A DNA stretch of 64,000 bases from an uncultured Chloroflexia bacterium. GTDB taxonomy: Bacteria; Chloroflexota; Anaerolineae; Anaerolineales; UBA4823. The notes below the pieces were generated by a model. That model did no database searches, was not told where the DNA came from, and worked only from the letters and a program-made list of their open reading frames with translations. Shown here piece after piece: positions 10,601 through 20,028 of this stretch. The DNA is taken from positions 385,314 to 449,313 of the forward strand of contig CAWIYB010000003.1 of assembly GCA_963840255.1 (NCBI GenBank), given 5' to 3'. Made by a program: the position numbers and the translations under genes. Position 1 is the first letter of the stretch. Each line of letters starts with the position of its first letter.

Positions 10601-13275
10601 GCCTGCTTCCCTCCGACTATCGATACCCTCACCCGCGGGTTCCGGTCGATGCCCCCGTGGAGCGGGTCAAAAGTCCCCTCCGCGCTGTTGAGCAGGGAAT
10701 TGAAATGGGGTCCTTTGCGGGTCGCCGGGTTGCGGAACGAAGACTTGAAGCCATGGTTTCCCGGCACTCCCAGCGCATCTGGATGGATCAGGCTGGTGAC
10801 CTTGAGCACACCCTCGGTGCTGCCTCCCCAGTATGCCTGCACTCTCACTTCGTCACCATCATGCAGACCCTTGCGGGCTGCAGTCTCACGGTTCATCAGG
10901 ATCACGAACTGGTAAGGGTCGGTTTCACCGGCCAGCTCATTGAGCAGTGGGTTGCCGGTCTGGTCGGAATTGTGCATACGGAATTGGGGTGTAGACCAGT
11001 TCATGGCGAACAGGTCGTATTCGCCAGATGCAGCTTCATCAGGACGCCCGACCCACCGCGGGATGGGTTGGTAAAAACGCCATACCACTTCCATGTCCTG
11101 CCCGGGGATGGTCATACCGTGCTCGCTCAGGTTTTGGCGCAGCGTGTCGCCGGTGCGGAGCAGGTGTTCGAAGTAAAAGGCGTAGCGTGTGGTGCCCATG
11201 GGATAATAGAAGGAGTTATATGCTTCCGCTTTGCTGCGCATCTTGTAATAGATGCCCGCCTCACGAAAATATTCGATCCCATTTTCAACCCCGAATTTTG
11301 ATTTCAGCGCTTTGTCCAGGATCTCGGCCGTCGTGTAGCGTTTATTCAACTCCAGCTGATGGGGAGCTTGCAGCTTCCAGAATTGGTTCAAATGGTCGTT
11401 CAGCCCGCCCTCACCGTATAAAAAGCCTGCTCTCTCAGCCAGCTCCAGGTAGATGTCATCAGCCTGGCGGGTCTTGAATTGCTTCGGCACCACCGGGAGG
11501 CGCGCCAGCACACCATTGATCTGCAGCATGCTTGCATCCTGAGCCTGGACAAAGTGGCCGGTACCCACCTCCTGGATGCCGTAGCGTTCGAGCAGCGCCG
11601 GCTCGGGGAGCAGGACATCCGAAAGCTGGGCAGCTTCGTCGTAGATATAGGCAATGGTCACGATGAAGGGGATCTTGCACAGGGCGGCAACGGCCTCATC
11701 GGGATTTGAGTTATTGGTGATCGGGTTGCCCCCGTAGATCATCAAGCCTTCGAGCTCATAAGGGATGCTGTATTTAGCCGGGTCAAGGACCACTTTCCAG
11801 GCCATGTGCGGCAGGGTGTGGCGGTTGGGATAGAATTGCGCCAGGTCGATATCGGGCGGGAACTTGAATGGCACCGGCACGGCTTCCTTCTTAGGCATGA
11901 CCACACCGTCAGGTCCCGGTTTAAGCGCCGGCCCGGTCTCTGAACCCAGGTCACCCCCGGGCACGTCCAGCGAACCGACCAGCATATTCAACATTTTGTG
12001 CACCAGGTGCTCGTAAGCCCCACCCCACTTGCCGAGAGACCCGCGTTCTCCCTTTACCAGGGCCGGCCTGAAGGGGAACACCACACCGTCCAGGGTGATG
12101 GTTTCACCAATATGGGCGGCTTCAACGAATTCACGCCCTATGCGCCGGATGGTTGAGGCAGGCACAGTGGTGACTTCCTCCGCCCATTCAGGTGCATACT
12201 GGCGCACCGCCTCCTTGACCAGGGTGAAGGCAGTCGGTAGCATCCGTCCGGCGACCGGGTATCTGCCTTCCAATGCATAACTCTTGATCGTTGTATCGTC
12301 GAACGTCTTGGCAGTGCTGTCCACCGGGTCCCAGATCAGCGGTTTGCCGGAGGAGGTTTCCTTGGCGTAATAACCATCCTCACCGATCAGGTACACGGCG
12401 TTGGTGCGTTGCTTCAAGAATGGTTCATCGAAAATACCGATTTCATTAATGACCACATTGAGCATGGCCAGGGCAAACGCCAGGTCGGTACCTGGACGGA
12501 TTGGGATCCATTCATCCGCGATGGAGGCTTCATGACTGCAGCGCGGGTCGACCACCACCAGCTTGATCCCGCGCTCACGGGCACTGCTCAGGGCGCGCGT
12601 GGTATGGGCGCTGCCCAGGTTGGGTCCGAGCGAGCCGCCAATGGTGAGCAGGTACTGGCAGTATTCAACGTCCTGTTTGTCCAGCATGGTGCCCTGGACG
12701 AGTGAGCAGCCATAATGTACCGGGCACAATACGCCGTGTGAACGCAGCAGGTTGGGTGTGCCGAAAGCGGGTAGAAAAGCCTCATGTTGGACGATCCACC
12801 AATCGCCGCCGAACCCCCACATGTGGGCGAATTTCCTGGGATCCTCCGTGCGGATCTTGCGCAACCGCTCGGCGACCGTGCTCAAGGCTTCTTCCCAGCT
12901 GATTTCCACCCAACCGGGATCCTGGTCCAATCCTTTGCGCGGATTGGTGCGCTTCATCGGCGCTTTGACCCGGTAGGGGTTGTACAGGTTGAAAATGGCA
13001 GCCTGACCACGTGAGCACAGCTTGCCCTGGCTGATGGGGTTGGCGGGGTCGCCCTCCACTTTCACCACCACACCATCCTGGATGGTGACGATGACCGTGC
13101 ACCAGGCCTTGTTCCCGCACATCCGGCAGGCAGACACCCTGGTCTCTACCAGCGGCTTTGTGGCACTGCTGTCATCCCGGGTCATGATCCCGCCGGGTCG
13201 ATTGAATAATCGCTGGATGAGGTTTGCCAGGTCATTCACCTGGGCATGTTCCGTTGGCATGTTCGCTTTTCTCAC
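10597..13275 (-). CDS. Molybdopterin (bis-MGD) oxidoreductase catalytic subunit, DMSO-reductase superfamily; substrate unknown
   Basis: 892 aa. N-terminal FeS motif 'CRMCGNKAWC..(27)..C', then 'LYNPYRVKAPMKR'. No twin-arginine in the first 50 aa. The GTG start overlaps the chaperone stop (GTGA); ATG 13260 is an alternative. Confidence 0.85.
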   Translation of the reverse strand: MRKANMPTEHAQVNDLANLIQRLFNRPGGIMTRDDSSATKPLVETRVSACRMCGNKAWCTVIVTIQDGVVVKVEGDPANPISQGKLCSRGQAAIFNLYNPYRVKAPMKRTNPRKGLDQDPGWVEISWEEALSTVAERLRKIRTEDPRKFAHMWGFGGDWWIVQHEAFLPAFGTPNLLRSHGVLCPVHYGCSLVQGTMLDKQDVEYCQYLLTIGGSLGPNLGSAHTTRALSSARERGIKLVVVDPRCSHEASIADEWIPIRPGTDLAFALAMLNVVINEIGIFDEPFLKQRTNAVYLIGEDGYYAKETSSGKPLIWDPVDSTAKTFDDTTIKSYALEGRYPVAGRMLPTAFTLVKEAVRQYAPEWAEEVTTVPASTIRRIGREFVEAAHIGETITLDGVVFPFRPALVKGERGSLGKWGGAYEHLVHKMLNMLVGSLDVPGGDLGSETGPALKPGPDGVVMPKKEAVPVPFKFPPDIDLAQFYPNRHTLPHMAWKVVLDPAKYSIPYELEGLMIYGGNPITNNSNPDEAVAALCKIPFIVTIAYIYDEAAQLSDVLLPEPALLERYGIQEVGTGHFVQAQDASMLQINGVLARLPVVPKQFKTRQADDIYLELAERAGFLYGEGGLNDHLNQFWKLQAPHQLELNKRYTTAEILDKALKSKFGVENGIEYFREAGIYYKMRSKAEAYNSFYYPMGTTRYAFYFEHLLRTGDTLRQNLSEHGMTIPGQDMEVVWRFYQPIPRWVGRPDEAASGEYDLFAMNWSTPQFRMHNSDQTGNPLLNELAGETDPYQFVILMNRETAARKGLHDGDEVRVQAYWGGSTEGVLKVTSLIHPDALGVPGNHGFKSSFRNPATRKGPHFNSLLNSAEGTFDPLHGGIDRNPRVRVSIVGGKQA

Positions 13276-14015
13276 TTTTCCACTACCAGTCCTGTGTTAC
13301 CAGTAAACTCCGGGCTTTCACCCGGCTGCTCATCAGCAATCACTGTCTCCGCTTCCAGGAAGCCAAGCAACAGCAGGGCCACACCGTGGTAGAAACCTTT
13401 TGGCATGTGAGCCAGGAATGAATCGCAAAAACGCGGTGCCCAGGCCAGCAAGTGCTCAACCAAAAAGTGCTGCTGCAGGATGGAATAATTATCAGCTTCC
13501 ATCCTGTTACCCTGCTCCAGCGAGTGGCATTCTTCCTCGCACAACAGGCGCATCAAGTCCAGCTCGAGTCCAAGGTAGTCCACCCTCTCAGCATCCTCGG
13601 CTGGGACTGCCACATGAGCGGTATGATAGAACTCCGTCAATTGTAACAGGCATGAGTGATCATTACCTGTATCTGATGAGCGGTAGAGACTCTCGTACGG
13701 CGGCGGCGGACCGTAACTACTCCCGATGCCGCGCATCAAGCGGGTGTGTTCTATCGCCAGGGCACGGCACAAATCATCGGTTGTACGAGATTCACCCTTC
13801 AAGAGCGAGAAGCGCATTTGTTTTAGCCCATCGAGCATCCTGGAATCCAGCGCAATTTTGGAGCTGAGACGGTTGATATTATCCTGGACTTCGTCCTCGA
13901 GCAGGCGGGTAACAAAAACTGCGTCCGGCTGCTCAAGGAACAGCCAGGCGAGGAAACCATAGATGGCAGCCCGTGACTGTGCCTGAGCATGAGCCTGGGC
14001 GGGAATAGCCATCAT
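13272..14015 (-). CDS. TorD/DmsD-like redox-enzyme maturation chaperone
   Basis: 247 aa. The 'RAAIYGFLAWLFLEQPD' helical N-terminus is typical of the TorD family. It lies inside the Mo-enzyme operon and has ATGA overlap with the upstream gene. Confidence 0.7.
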   Translation of the reverse strand: MMAIPAQAHAQAQSRAAIYGFLAWLFLEQPDAVFVTRLLEDEVQDNINRLSSKIALDSRMLDGLKQMRFSLLKGESRTTDDLCRALAIEHTRLMRGIGSSYGPPPPYESLYRSSDTGNDHSCLLQLTEFYHTAHVAVPAEDAERVDYLGLELDLMRLLCEEECHSLEQGNRMEADNYSILQQHFLVEHLLAWAPRFCDSFLAHMPKGFYHGVALLLLGFLEAETVIADEQPGESPEFTGNTGLVVEK

Positions 14016-14845
14016 AAATACCGGCCTCGCAGCGTGACTGGGACGGCGGTTTTGAAAAACAGCACCCGGTCGGCAAACTCACCCAGCAACGCCGGCAGCC
14101 ATGCCAGGTATTGTGCCCCACCGCCCATCCCCATCAAGACCAGGGCAGCCGTTGCTGCAATCACACGCACCACCAGCACCCATAAGTAGGGTCCCAATGC
14201 CAGCTGGCGGCTAATTCGAGCCTCAGCGCTTAACGGCCGGATCAGGATGGTCCGCAACAAGGTCACCGCCAGCGACGCAACCAGGAACAACGCAGCTATC
14301 ACCCAGATATAGCTTGTTGTCTCGATCCCGGCGAACTGATAGGCGACAAATAAGCCAAAAAGCACCCCGGTCGAAAGTGCGCCCAGGGGAAATGAGACGA
14401 TGGTCAGTCCCTGGTCCCAGCTTGGACGGGCATGCAGGCGGTAGGTCTCACCGGTGGCAAGCGTACCCGCCAGCCCGAGGCAAGCGCCAATCAGCCCGAT
14501 GATATATAAGGCTGTATCGTTTAGATTGAAAATCGGTAGTATGGCATAACCTGCCAGGAAGAACAGGAAAAAACCGAACAGGATCACCTCACGGCTCAGC
14601 CATGAAGTAGCCAGGTGCAGCAGTGCCAGGGGTGCCCGCCATGGCCTGCCAAGGTGGAACACCGAAACGACCAGAGCCAGGATTCCGACCGCTAAAACAA
14701 CCATGGCAGCCTGGTCTACTCCTGTCTCCTGGGTGGAGCCACGCGCTGCCAGGAGACCCACCAGACCGCCTAAGGCCAGCGGTGCCAGGGCAGTGAATGC
14801 CACCAGGGTGCCTGATTCCTCGCTGCTGATCATGACCTTGGTCAT
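14012..14845 (-). CDS. Polytopic membrane anchor subunit (DmsC-like)
   Basis: 277 aa with about 8 hydrophobic helices. It is translationally coupled to the chaperone gene. Confidence 0.6.
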   Translation of the reverse strand: MTKVMISSEESGTLVAFTALAPLALGGLVGLLAARGSTQETGVDQAAMVVLAVGILALVVSVFHLGRPWRAPLALLHLATSWLSREVILFGFFLFFLAGYAILPIFNLNDTALYIIGLIGACLGLAGTLATGETYRLHARPSWDQGLTIVSFPLGALSTGVLFGLFVAYQFAGIETTSYIWVIAALFLVASLAVTLLRTILIRPLSAEARISRQLALGPYLWVLVVRVIAATAALVLMGMGGGAQYLAWLPALLGEFADRVLFFKTAVPVTLRGRYL

Positions 14846-14880
14846 TGTACCAGACCTGTGCTGCGTATATGGAGGCGTGT

Positions 14881-15249
14881 CTAAGCGTACTGCCGGGCTG
14901 GAGCGAATATAACAACGAAGCTGACTGGCTCATCGCCCACCACTTTCAAGCCGTGGGCGGCTTCCTTATCCATGTAAAGACAGCTGCCCGGACCGAGGTC
15001 GTACACCTGGTCTTCAACGGTAGCCTGCATGCGACCGGAGATGACGTAGTAGGCATGCTCTGTTGCATGCGTCACGATCTCCGCGCCACCGCCGGGTTGC
15101 ACTGTGGTGAGCATCAATTCAAAGGCTTTATTCTCCTGCATTTTGGGAGTGATAAAAGTCCAACACAGCGCCTTGGTGTGCTTGGGTGGCTCGACGCAGG
15201 GTGCATCAGCGATATTGACTTGGATACCTCTTTTTAGCGACTCGCTCAT
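14881..15249 (-). CDS. Cupin-domain protein
   Basis: 122 aa with beta-barrel motifs 'HATEHAYYVISG' and 'GPGSCLYMDKEAAHG'. Confidence 0.7.
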   Translation of the reverse strand: MSESLKRGIQVNIADAPCVEPPKHTKALCWTFITPKMQENKAFELMLTTVQPGGGAEIVTHATEHAYYVISGRMQATVEDQVYDLGPGSCLYMDKEAAHGLKVVGDEPVSFVVIFAPARQYA

Positions 15250-15270
15250 TTTGTTTTCCTTTTGGTTGGG

Positions 15271-15771
15271 TTAGTCTTTCGGTGCATAGATTCGTTCAGG
15301 GAGGCTGGCTTGCGTGGCACTCTGGATCAGCTCCAATATGGTGCCAAGGATCGGTTCGGTGTCCAGGTAGGCATAGCGCCCATCACCGCTCAGTCCCAAT
15401 CCTTCTCCCTGCTGGAGGATTGCAATCCCCATGTCCTGGTAGGGTTTCAGTGCCTGGTCCAGGTTAGCCACGAAGGTCCCTACGTGCTCGACGCCAATCC
15501 GACCGGAGTTCAGAAAATCCCGGTGGATGCTATCTCCTTCGAGATATTCGATCAGCTCCATGTGTATCTGATCAGACTTGGCTATTGCCACCCGCACTTT
15601 GTAGTTTGCCGGGCGACCATGGTAGAAGCAGCGCAGGGGTGGTGCGCTGTTGGTATATACATTCCAGGGACCAATCCCGGCAGTGCGCCAGTAATTAGCC
15701 ATGGCAGCCTCAAGGTCTTTAACCACCGAGCTTACCTGATGGATGGTAAATGTACCCAGCATGGAAGTCAT
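15271..15771 (-). CDS. VOC (glyoxalase/dioxygenase-fold) family protein
   Basis: 166 aa; 'IHQVSSVVKDLEAA..' and 'GVEHVGTFVANLDQA' paired beta-alpha-beta-beta-beta modules. Confidence 0.7.
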   Translation of the reverse strand: MTSMLGTFTIHQVSSVVKDLEAAMANYWRTAGIGPWNVYTNSAPPLRCFYHGRPANYKVRVAIAKSDQIHMELIEYLEGDSIHRDFLNSGRIGVEHVGTFVANLDQALKPYQDMGIAILQQGEGLGLSGDGRYAYLDTEPILGTILELIQSATQASLPERIYAPKD

Positions 15772-15920
15772 GTCTCTTGTTTCCTCCTATCCCGAGGCTT
15801 GGCGCTATAACTTATACCAAGCAGTTCAGGGCATCAACCGGGGTAATCCGGACTCACACAGAGGCGAGGTGATATGATATTGCTAATCAAACTATATTCA
15901 GGTAATAAAATGATACAAAA

Positions 15921-15976
15921 ATGAACCGTCGTTCCAAATTTATAAATAGTTTAGCACAGGGTAAAGCGCTTGTCAA
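15921..15976 (-). promoter_or_regulatory. Sigma70-like promoter reading leftward (TTGACA-17 nt-TAAACT) followed by a GAAC-N4-GTTC operator; putative IclR-controlled promoter of the VOC-cupin-Mo operon
   Basis: On the minus strand: -35 at 15976-15971, -10 at 15953-15948, palindrome GAACCGTCGTTC at 15923-15934. The architecture matches the module at 34574-34628. Confidence 0.5.
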
Positions 15977-16094
15977 TGCCTTTCTTCGGCGTGTAAATCC
16001 GGGTTTGACCCGCGAATGGTGCCAAAATAGGTCTCAGATCAGCCCCTGACACCAATTTAGGTCGTTTAAGCCTGTAAATTGGCGCCCGGAACTA

Positions 16095-16161
16095 TTGACA
16101 AGCTGGCGATGGTTGTGCTATGATATCCATTACGTCAAATAAATGAGACGCCATTCCGTTT
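16095..16161 (+). promoter_or_regulatory. Sigma70-like promoter (TTGACA-18 nt-TATGAT) with a downstream degenerate operator 'TGAGACGCCATTCC' for the E2/E1 operon
   Basis: -35 at 16095-16100, -10 at 16119-16124, operator-like 14-mer inside 16143-16161. Confidence 0.45.
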
Positions 16162-16324
16162 TTTATCGAATTAAGTTGCATAAAATTACCGCATTAATGG
16201 AATTGTTTGCCACATCTTGTAGGATGTTCCGTTTGAGGCGGTATTAATGTTTTGAAAGTGACCTGAAAGTCAGCTTTGAAGCCGGTTTTAGTGCATTGCA
16301 GACACGTAATTGAGGAGAATGACC

Positions 16325-17458
16325 ATGACCCATGAAATACGCATGCCGGTGCTCTCCCAATCCATGATCCAGGGGCGGGTGGTAGAGTGGCTTTTGAATG
16401 AAGGGGATATCGTCAATAAGGGCGCCCTGTTGGTGGTCGTCGAAAGTGACAAAGCCACCCATGAGCTGGAAGCACCTCATGAAGGTGTCCTGCGCAAGAT
16501 ATTGGTGGAAGCGGGGTCCGAAGTGGATGTCGACACCCCTCTCGCCATCATTGCAGACGCAGGCGAGCAAGTTAGCGCCCAAGAAAACACAACCGCTACC
16601 CAGGCCGCTCCAATCGCTATCCCATTACCAATCCCTGCCCCCATTCCTGGGGGGCGCAGACCCATCTCGCCTGCTGCCAGGCGATTAGTGCAGGAATTGG
16701 GCCTCGACATTTCCAAAGTGCCAGGCTCCGGCGAAGATGGGCTGGTGACTGAGAAGGATGTGCGCGCTTTTTCCGCTGGGCAGCCGGCAGCCTCACCCGC
16801 CGAGGGGGAGGATGCCCAGGTGATCCCACTCACCGGTCAGCGGGGCAGGATTGCCGAGCGTATGGCGCTCAGCCGCCGGACAGCTGCGGATGTGACCACG
16901 GTGATGGACGTGGACATGGGGCAGGTGGTTGCAGTGCGTGCATCGACGCGCTACTCATTTACTGCCTACGTTGCCTGGGCGACCGCACAGGCGCTGCATG
17001 AATTCCCACTGCTCAACGCCTGGGTCTTGGAAGACCGGATTATCGTGAAGAATGCGGTCCATATGGGGGTGGCAGTCGCCATCGAAGGTGCGCTGCTGGT
17101 GCCGGTGATCAGGAACGTCGAGCGCTTGAGTGTGGCTGAAATTGACCAGCAGATCAACGCTTTGGGTGCCAAAGCCAGGGCTGGTCAGCTCACCCCGGAT
17201 GATATGAAAGGCAGCACCTTTACCGTAACGAATTCAGGTGTCTTCGGCTCGCTGTTTTTTACCCCCATCATTAACCTGCCCGAAGTGGCAGTGCTGGGGA
17301 TGGGAAAGGTTGCTGATGCGCCGGTGGTGCGGGAAGGTGTTGTTGTGGCTTCGAAGGTGATGTACCTGTGCCTGTCCTATGACCACCGGGCGGTGGATGG
17401 CGCTACTGCGGTACAGTTCCTCCAGGCGGTAAAAAACCGCCTGGAAAAACCAGAATGA
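16325..17458 (+). CDS. Dihydrolipoamide acyltransferase (E2) of a 2-oxoacid/acetoin dehydrogenase complex
   Basis: Lipoyl domain 'VVESDKATHELEAP', subunit-binding domain 'ISPAARRLVQELGLD', catalytic 'SYDHRAVDG'. GAGGAG lies 8 nt upstream of ATG 16325. Confidence 0.85.
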   Translation: MTHEIRMPVLSQSMIQGRVVEWLLNEGDIVNKGALLVVVESDKATHELEAPHEGVLRKILVEAGSEVDVDTPLAIIADAGEQVSAQENTTATQAAPIAIPLPIPAPIPGGRRPISPAARRLVQELGLDISKVPGSGEDGLVTEKDVRAFSAGQPAASPAEGEDAQVIPLTGQRGRIAERMALSRRTAADVTTVMDVDMGQVVAVRASTRYSFTAYVAWATAQALHEFPLLNAWVLEDRIIVKNAVHMGVAVAIEGALLVPVIRNVERLSVAEIDQQINALGAKARAGQLTPDDMKGSTFTVTNSGVFGSLFFTPIINLPEVAVLGMGKVADAPVVREGVVVASKVMYLCLSYDHRAVDGATAVQFLQAVKNRLEKPE

Positions 17459-17514
17459 ATTTAAATAAAGTAGAGCAGTGGTCTAAGGCACTGCTCTGTC
17501 AAAGGTGAACAGGT

Positions 17515-18527
17515 ATGGCATACATTGAACAGCTACAACCCCAAGACCTGCTCGAGATGTACCGTCTGCTGCGGTTGACGCGTGAATTTGAAGACCGCCT
17601 GTGTGCGTTGTGGGGTCATGGCGGCGTGGTCGAGCTGCCCCACGGCAGCCAGGGACAGGAAGCGATCGCCATCGGCGCCTGTTACGGTCTCCGACCGCAA
17701 GACCAGGTGTTGCCTTCCCTGCGCACGCGGGGAGCTTTCATCGTCAAGGGCGTTCCGACCAGCTTGCAGATGGCGGGCATCTTCGGTAAAGTTACCGGAC
17801 CCGCCCGCGGCAAGTCCACCACCCACCACATGGCTGACCCCGAACGGGGGGTGCTGCTGGGGACGGGGCTGATCGGTTCCGATATCCCTGTGGCGGTGGG
17901 GGCGGCCCTGGCTTTCAAGCTGCAAAAAAAGGATAACGTGGTGGTCAACTTTTTCGGTGACGGAGCCGCCCAGCGTGGAGACTTCCACGAGGGGCTGAAC
18001 TTCGCCGGTGTGTTCAAGCTGCCGGTCATATTCGTGCTTGAAAATAACGGCTATGCCGAATATACCCCCTTGGAAAAGCATTTTGCCGGAGATAATTTTG
18101 CCTGTCGGGCGGAGGGGTACGGCTTCCCCGGCGAGCGGGTCGATGGGCAGGACGTGCTGGTGGTCTATGAAGCAGTCCAGAAAGCCATCGCCCGAGCCCG
18201 GGCAGGAGACGGTCCCACCCTGCTCGAGTGCATGACTTTCCGCTACCGCAGCCACTGCGAAGCCAGGGCACCCGAATACCTGCGCGATCCAGTCGATGGT
18301 GGCCAGCTGGCATGAACAAGACCCGTTGTGCCGGTTTGAGGCCTACCTGATGGGATGCGGGCTGCTCGATGAGGCCAGCAAGGAGAGCATCGCCGCAAGC
18401 GGCGCAGGCTGAGATTGCGGCCGCCGTGCGCTATGCAGAAGAGAGTCCCTTCCCGCCTCCTGATGAATTGACGGAAGGGGCGTATGCCCCCGAAGACCCG
18501 GCTCTGGTCGGTGGGAGGCGAATATGA
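17515..18527 (+). pseudogene. E1 alpha (TPP-dependent dehydrogenase) with two frameshifts in the C-terminal quarter
   Basis: TPP motif 'FFGDGAAQRGDFHEGLN..ENNGYA'. Homology jumps frame near 18290 ('..SWHEQDPLCRFEAYL..') and again near 18400 ('QAEIAAAVRYAEESPFP..'). The last frame ends in an ATGA overlap with E1 beta. Confidence 0.8.
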
Positions 18528-19503
18528 GAGAGATTATGTACCGCGATGCTCTTCGTGAAGCCATGGCCGAAGAGATGCGCCGAGACCCGAGTGTCTTCCT
18601 GATGGGTGAAGACGTAGCCGAGCACGGAGGCAACTTCCTGGTCACCACCGGGCTGTACGAAGAATTTGGCGAGCAGCGCGTGTTCGACACCCCACTGAGC
18701 GAATCGGCCCTGGTGGGAGCGGGTGTGGGAGCTGCAATGATGGGCATGCGCCCGATTGTGGAGGTGATGTTCGCCGATTTTGTGACCATCGCCATGGATG
18801 CCATCGCCAACCACGCCGCCAAGGTCTACTATATGTCCGGTGGGTGGTCACCGCACCCATGGTCATACGGTTGGCAGCCTACGGAGCCGGACGCCGGTCA
18901 GGCGCACATCACAGCCAGAGTGTTGAGTCACTGCTCACCAACGTCCCCGGGCTGACCATTGTGGCGCCTTCCACGGCATACGATGCCAAGGGGCTGTTGA
19001 AAGCCGCCATTCGCACACCCAACCCGGTCGTCTTTCTCGAGCACAAGATGCTGTATGCCAAGAAGGGCGAGGTGCCTGAAGGTGAGTACATCGTCCCCAT
19101 CGGGGTAGCCGACGTCAAGCGTGAGGGTACAGATCTCACCATCGTCTCCTACGGGCGGATGGTCGACGTCTCCCTGGCAGCCGCCAGGAGCCTCGAAAAG
19201 GAGGGCGTGAGTGTGGAGGTAGTCGACCTGCGCTCCTTGCAGCCGCTCGACGAGGAAACGATCCTGGCTTCGGTGCGTAAGACCGGTCATCTGGTGATCG
19301 TGCATGAAGCACCGCTGCGCGGTGGCTTTGGCGGTGAGGTGGCGGCAGTGGTAGCCGAGAAGGCCCTGGGCTATCTGGATGCGCCGATCAAGCGGGTGGG
19401 TGCACCCTGGGTACCGGTGCCGTATAGCCCGACCCTCGAAGACACCTACGTGCCCCAGGAAGCGGATGTGGTCAGAGCTGCCATGGCGGTAATGGCAGGC
19501 TGA
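18524..19503 (+). pseudogene. E1 beta (transketolase-like) with one frameshift near 18842
   Basis: '[17 protein letters not shown]..' continues as 'YYMSGG|[16 protein letters not shown]' in a second frame (ORFs 18524-18955 and 18844-19503). Confidence 0.8.
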
Positions 19504-20028
19504 GCAGGGCAATATTTAGCAATCAGCTGTCAGTGATTAGCATATAGCATTTTTTTATCCGTTGATTAGATTACGGCCGGAGGGATCTCGCCACAACATT
19601 AATCTTCGGATCAGACGGTAGTGTGAAATCCCGAACGTTTGTGATCGGGAGGTTCGAATTCGCTGGAGACCACAGCAGATTCCCCGCCGGGGGCGCCTAT
19701 TTTACTCGATAAAATTGAGCTGATTTCCAAATTTCCACCTAACAGGTTCAATTAAAGCACAATCAGGATGGTCCCAGCATTAGTCCTGGTGAAAAAATCA
19801 CCGGTCTCCAGGTAACTTTGAGATCAATCTTGCTTTTATTAGGAAAATAATAATAAATCTCCCGCTTTTAACGAGAAAATTACACCGAATTGATCACCCT
19901 TTCTTTTTATGCGGTGGTAATATATATATATCCAATCGAAAGAAACTACTTCATCAATAGTCTCTTAATAAATCACAAGTGGGCTATTTCGTTAATTATT
20001 TCCAATATCTGATCAGCTGTAAATCTCC

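Noticed and set aside
13125-13275. A Tat (twin-arginine) leader on the Mo-oxidoreductase.
   Set aside because: There is no RR motif or hydrophobic h-region before the Cys cluster, and the frame upstream is closed by the overlapping chaperone gene.
17533-18255. Long antisense ORFs (17533-18255, 240 aa; also 36078-36980, 35215-35928, 30979-31848, 10657-11301, 57325-57906, 61961-62617).
   Set aside because: Each lies fully inside a well-supported gene on the opposite strand. None has a recognisable motif, and their Arg/Gly/Pro-rich composition is typical of shadow ORFs in GC-rich DNA.
19510-19556. An intrinsic terminator after E1 beta (bulged AATCA/TGATT stem, T7 run).
   Set aside because: The T-run is ~10 nt away from a weak, bulged 7-bp stem, which is not convincing.
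19920-19931. An (AT)6 microsatellite upstream of the FtsX permease gene.
   Set aside because: It is too short to be meaningful. It might contribute to promoter curvature, but there is no evidence for that.
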